From NCBI RefSeq assembly GCF_018977255.1, contig NW_024704742.1, forward strand, positions 44,580,001 to 44,644,000: 64,000 bases of DNA. Reading direction: 5' to 3'. A program made the translations under genes and the position numbers. Under the pieces are notes generated by a model, which did not search any database, was not told the origin of the DNA, and saw only the letters and a program-made list of their open reading frames with translations. This stretch comes from Callorhinchus milii (taxonomy: Eukaryota). Of the stretch, positions 62,735-64,000 are shown piece by piece (position 1 is the stretch's first letter; each line of letters opens with the position of its first letter).

Positions 62735-62950
62735 CAGCCAGTCTCAGTTGGTAGCATTTCCGTCTCTGAGTCAGAAGGTTGTGGTTTCAAGCCCCACAAT
62801 GGTACTTTAAATTCATTGTCCAGGCTGACACTCTAGATCAGTACTTGACTACGAGTACACAGTCACTACACTTTGCGGAAATATTCTGTGAAGCATGTTG
62901 AGACACTTTGACGCGATATACCATTATATCAAAGGCAAGGATAATTATTA
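62735..62950 (+). mobile_element. Deu-SINE-type tRNA head joined to a tail (core deleted)
   Basis: gtctcagttggtagcatttccgtctctgagtcagaaggttgtggtttcaagcccc...ccaggctgacact, then acagtcactacactt...gcaaggataattatta. Confidence 0.75.
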
Positions 62951-64000
62951 ATGCCCAGTCTTGAATTCAAAGATCAGCTGACAAAGGATTGTTGGGAGAT
63001 TTGCTTTCACTACAAAGATTTGAAGAATTGTAAAGACTCGGTACCTCAATCTACTTAAAATGTATCACTTGGTTCACGCTCTACATTTCTAGATGTTGAC
63101 AGTTGTACACATGACAATTTGTCCACACTCTTAAAACCATATTTAAAGTGGAGTTTCTTGATTTCACACTGTATATTGACATTGAAATGTTCAAGGATAG
63201 ATATGCTTTCAATATATATAGAATTCTGTGGCTAACCATAAAGAAAGAAATAACTGAAGCTCAACACTGATCTGAAATATAAGGCAAGGAAGTAATCTGG
63301 AGTCGTTTTCATCAGCTTCCCTTATTTGGCATCTGAGCTCCACCTTGTTGAATGTCAATGGTGAGGACTTTAGCTTTGCATGCCTTTCTTTGCAGTGACA
63401 AGGCAAATTAAATTGACTGTAGTCCTCTGATCAGCTTTGTATTTTGAGGAGCTCTTGTATGTGATTGAATGTTGCTTAGATCTGGTAGAAAGTGATTAAC
63501 CACAAGGATCTTGATTTCTTTCTGGTAGTTTCAAGTATTCCTCATTGTCACCTAATTGGTGTTTCTTAAATGTCAGCAGAAATTGTGCTGGGTTTGGATT
63601 GACAACATTGTCACTGGTGTTATCCATTCAATGATATTTGTTCTCAAATCAGTGGTGCATTGCTTGCCCATATTGACTTATTTGTCACAGAAAGCTTCAA
63701 TTTTTGGAAGGATAAATCACTGGAATGACAAAGAAGTCATAATCAATCATGGCTAACCCCCTTTATTGTTGTGAATCTTTATGCCATGTGCTCTATCAGC
63801 AAGGCAGCCAGCCTGTTGATGACCTGGCAGAATACACTTCAGAACAGAAGGCTGTTGACTCTGCCAAATAAATGAAGGTTACATTTATTGTGTTAAACAA
63901 GGTGCTTATGGATGTTATAGTTATTAACTCTGTTTAAAGGATATTTCAATGTACTGTCAACATCATGGAACAAACATAGGTATGCTTTATTTATTTGGCC

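Overview
This is repeat-dense, AT-rich vertebrate genomic DNA, most likely intronic or intergenic. No complete protein-coding gene, RNA gene or CRISPR array can be supported. The repeat content suggests a cartilaginous fish, probably a chimaera or elephant-shark relative (inference from repeat types, not from a search). The window contains many L2-clade LINE 3' fragments ending in (GTT)n and a 3.5-kb nested L2-in-L2 reverse-transcriptase relic at 57070-60610. It also has many decayed CR1-clade LINE fragments, a tRNA-Ala-like-headed SINE in long and short forms, older Deu-domain SINEs, Penelope-like terminal repeats with decayed hammerhead-ribozyme cores, and a ~650-bp interspersed repeat I cannot name (4 copies). 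The ORFs I can assign are translations of repeats, and the rest are short and unsupported. Three unique segments have splice-site-bounded open frames and are flagged only as candidate exons. Repeat boundaries were placed by eye and are approximate (about +/-10-20 bp for old copies). I found no convincing new biological system; the best leads concern retroelement biology.
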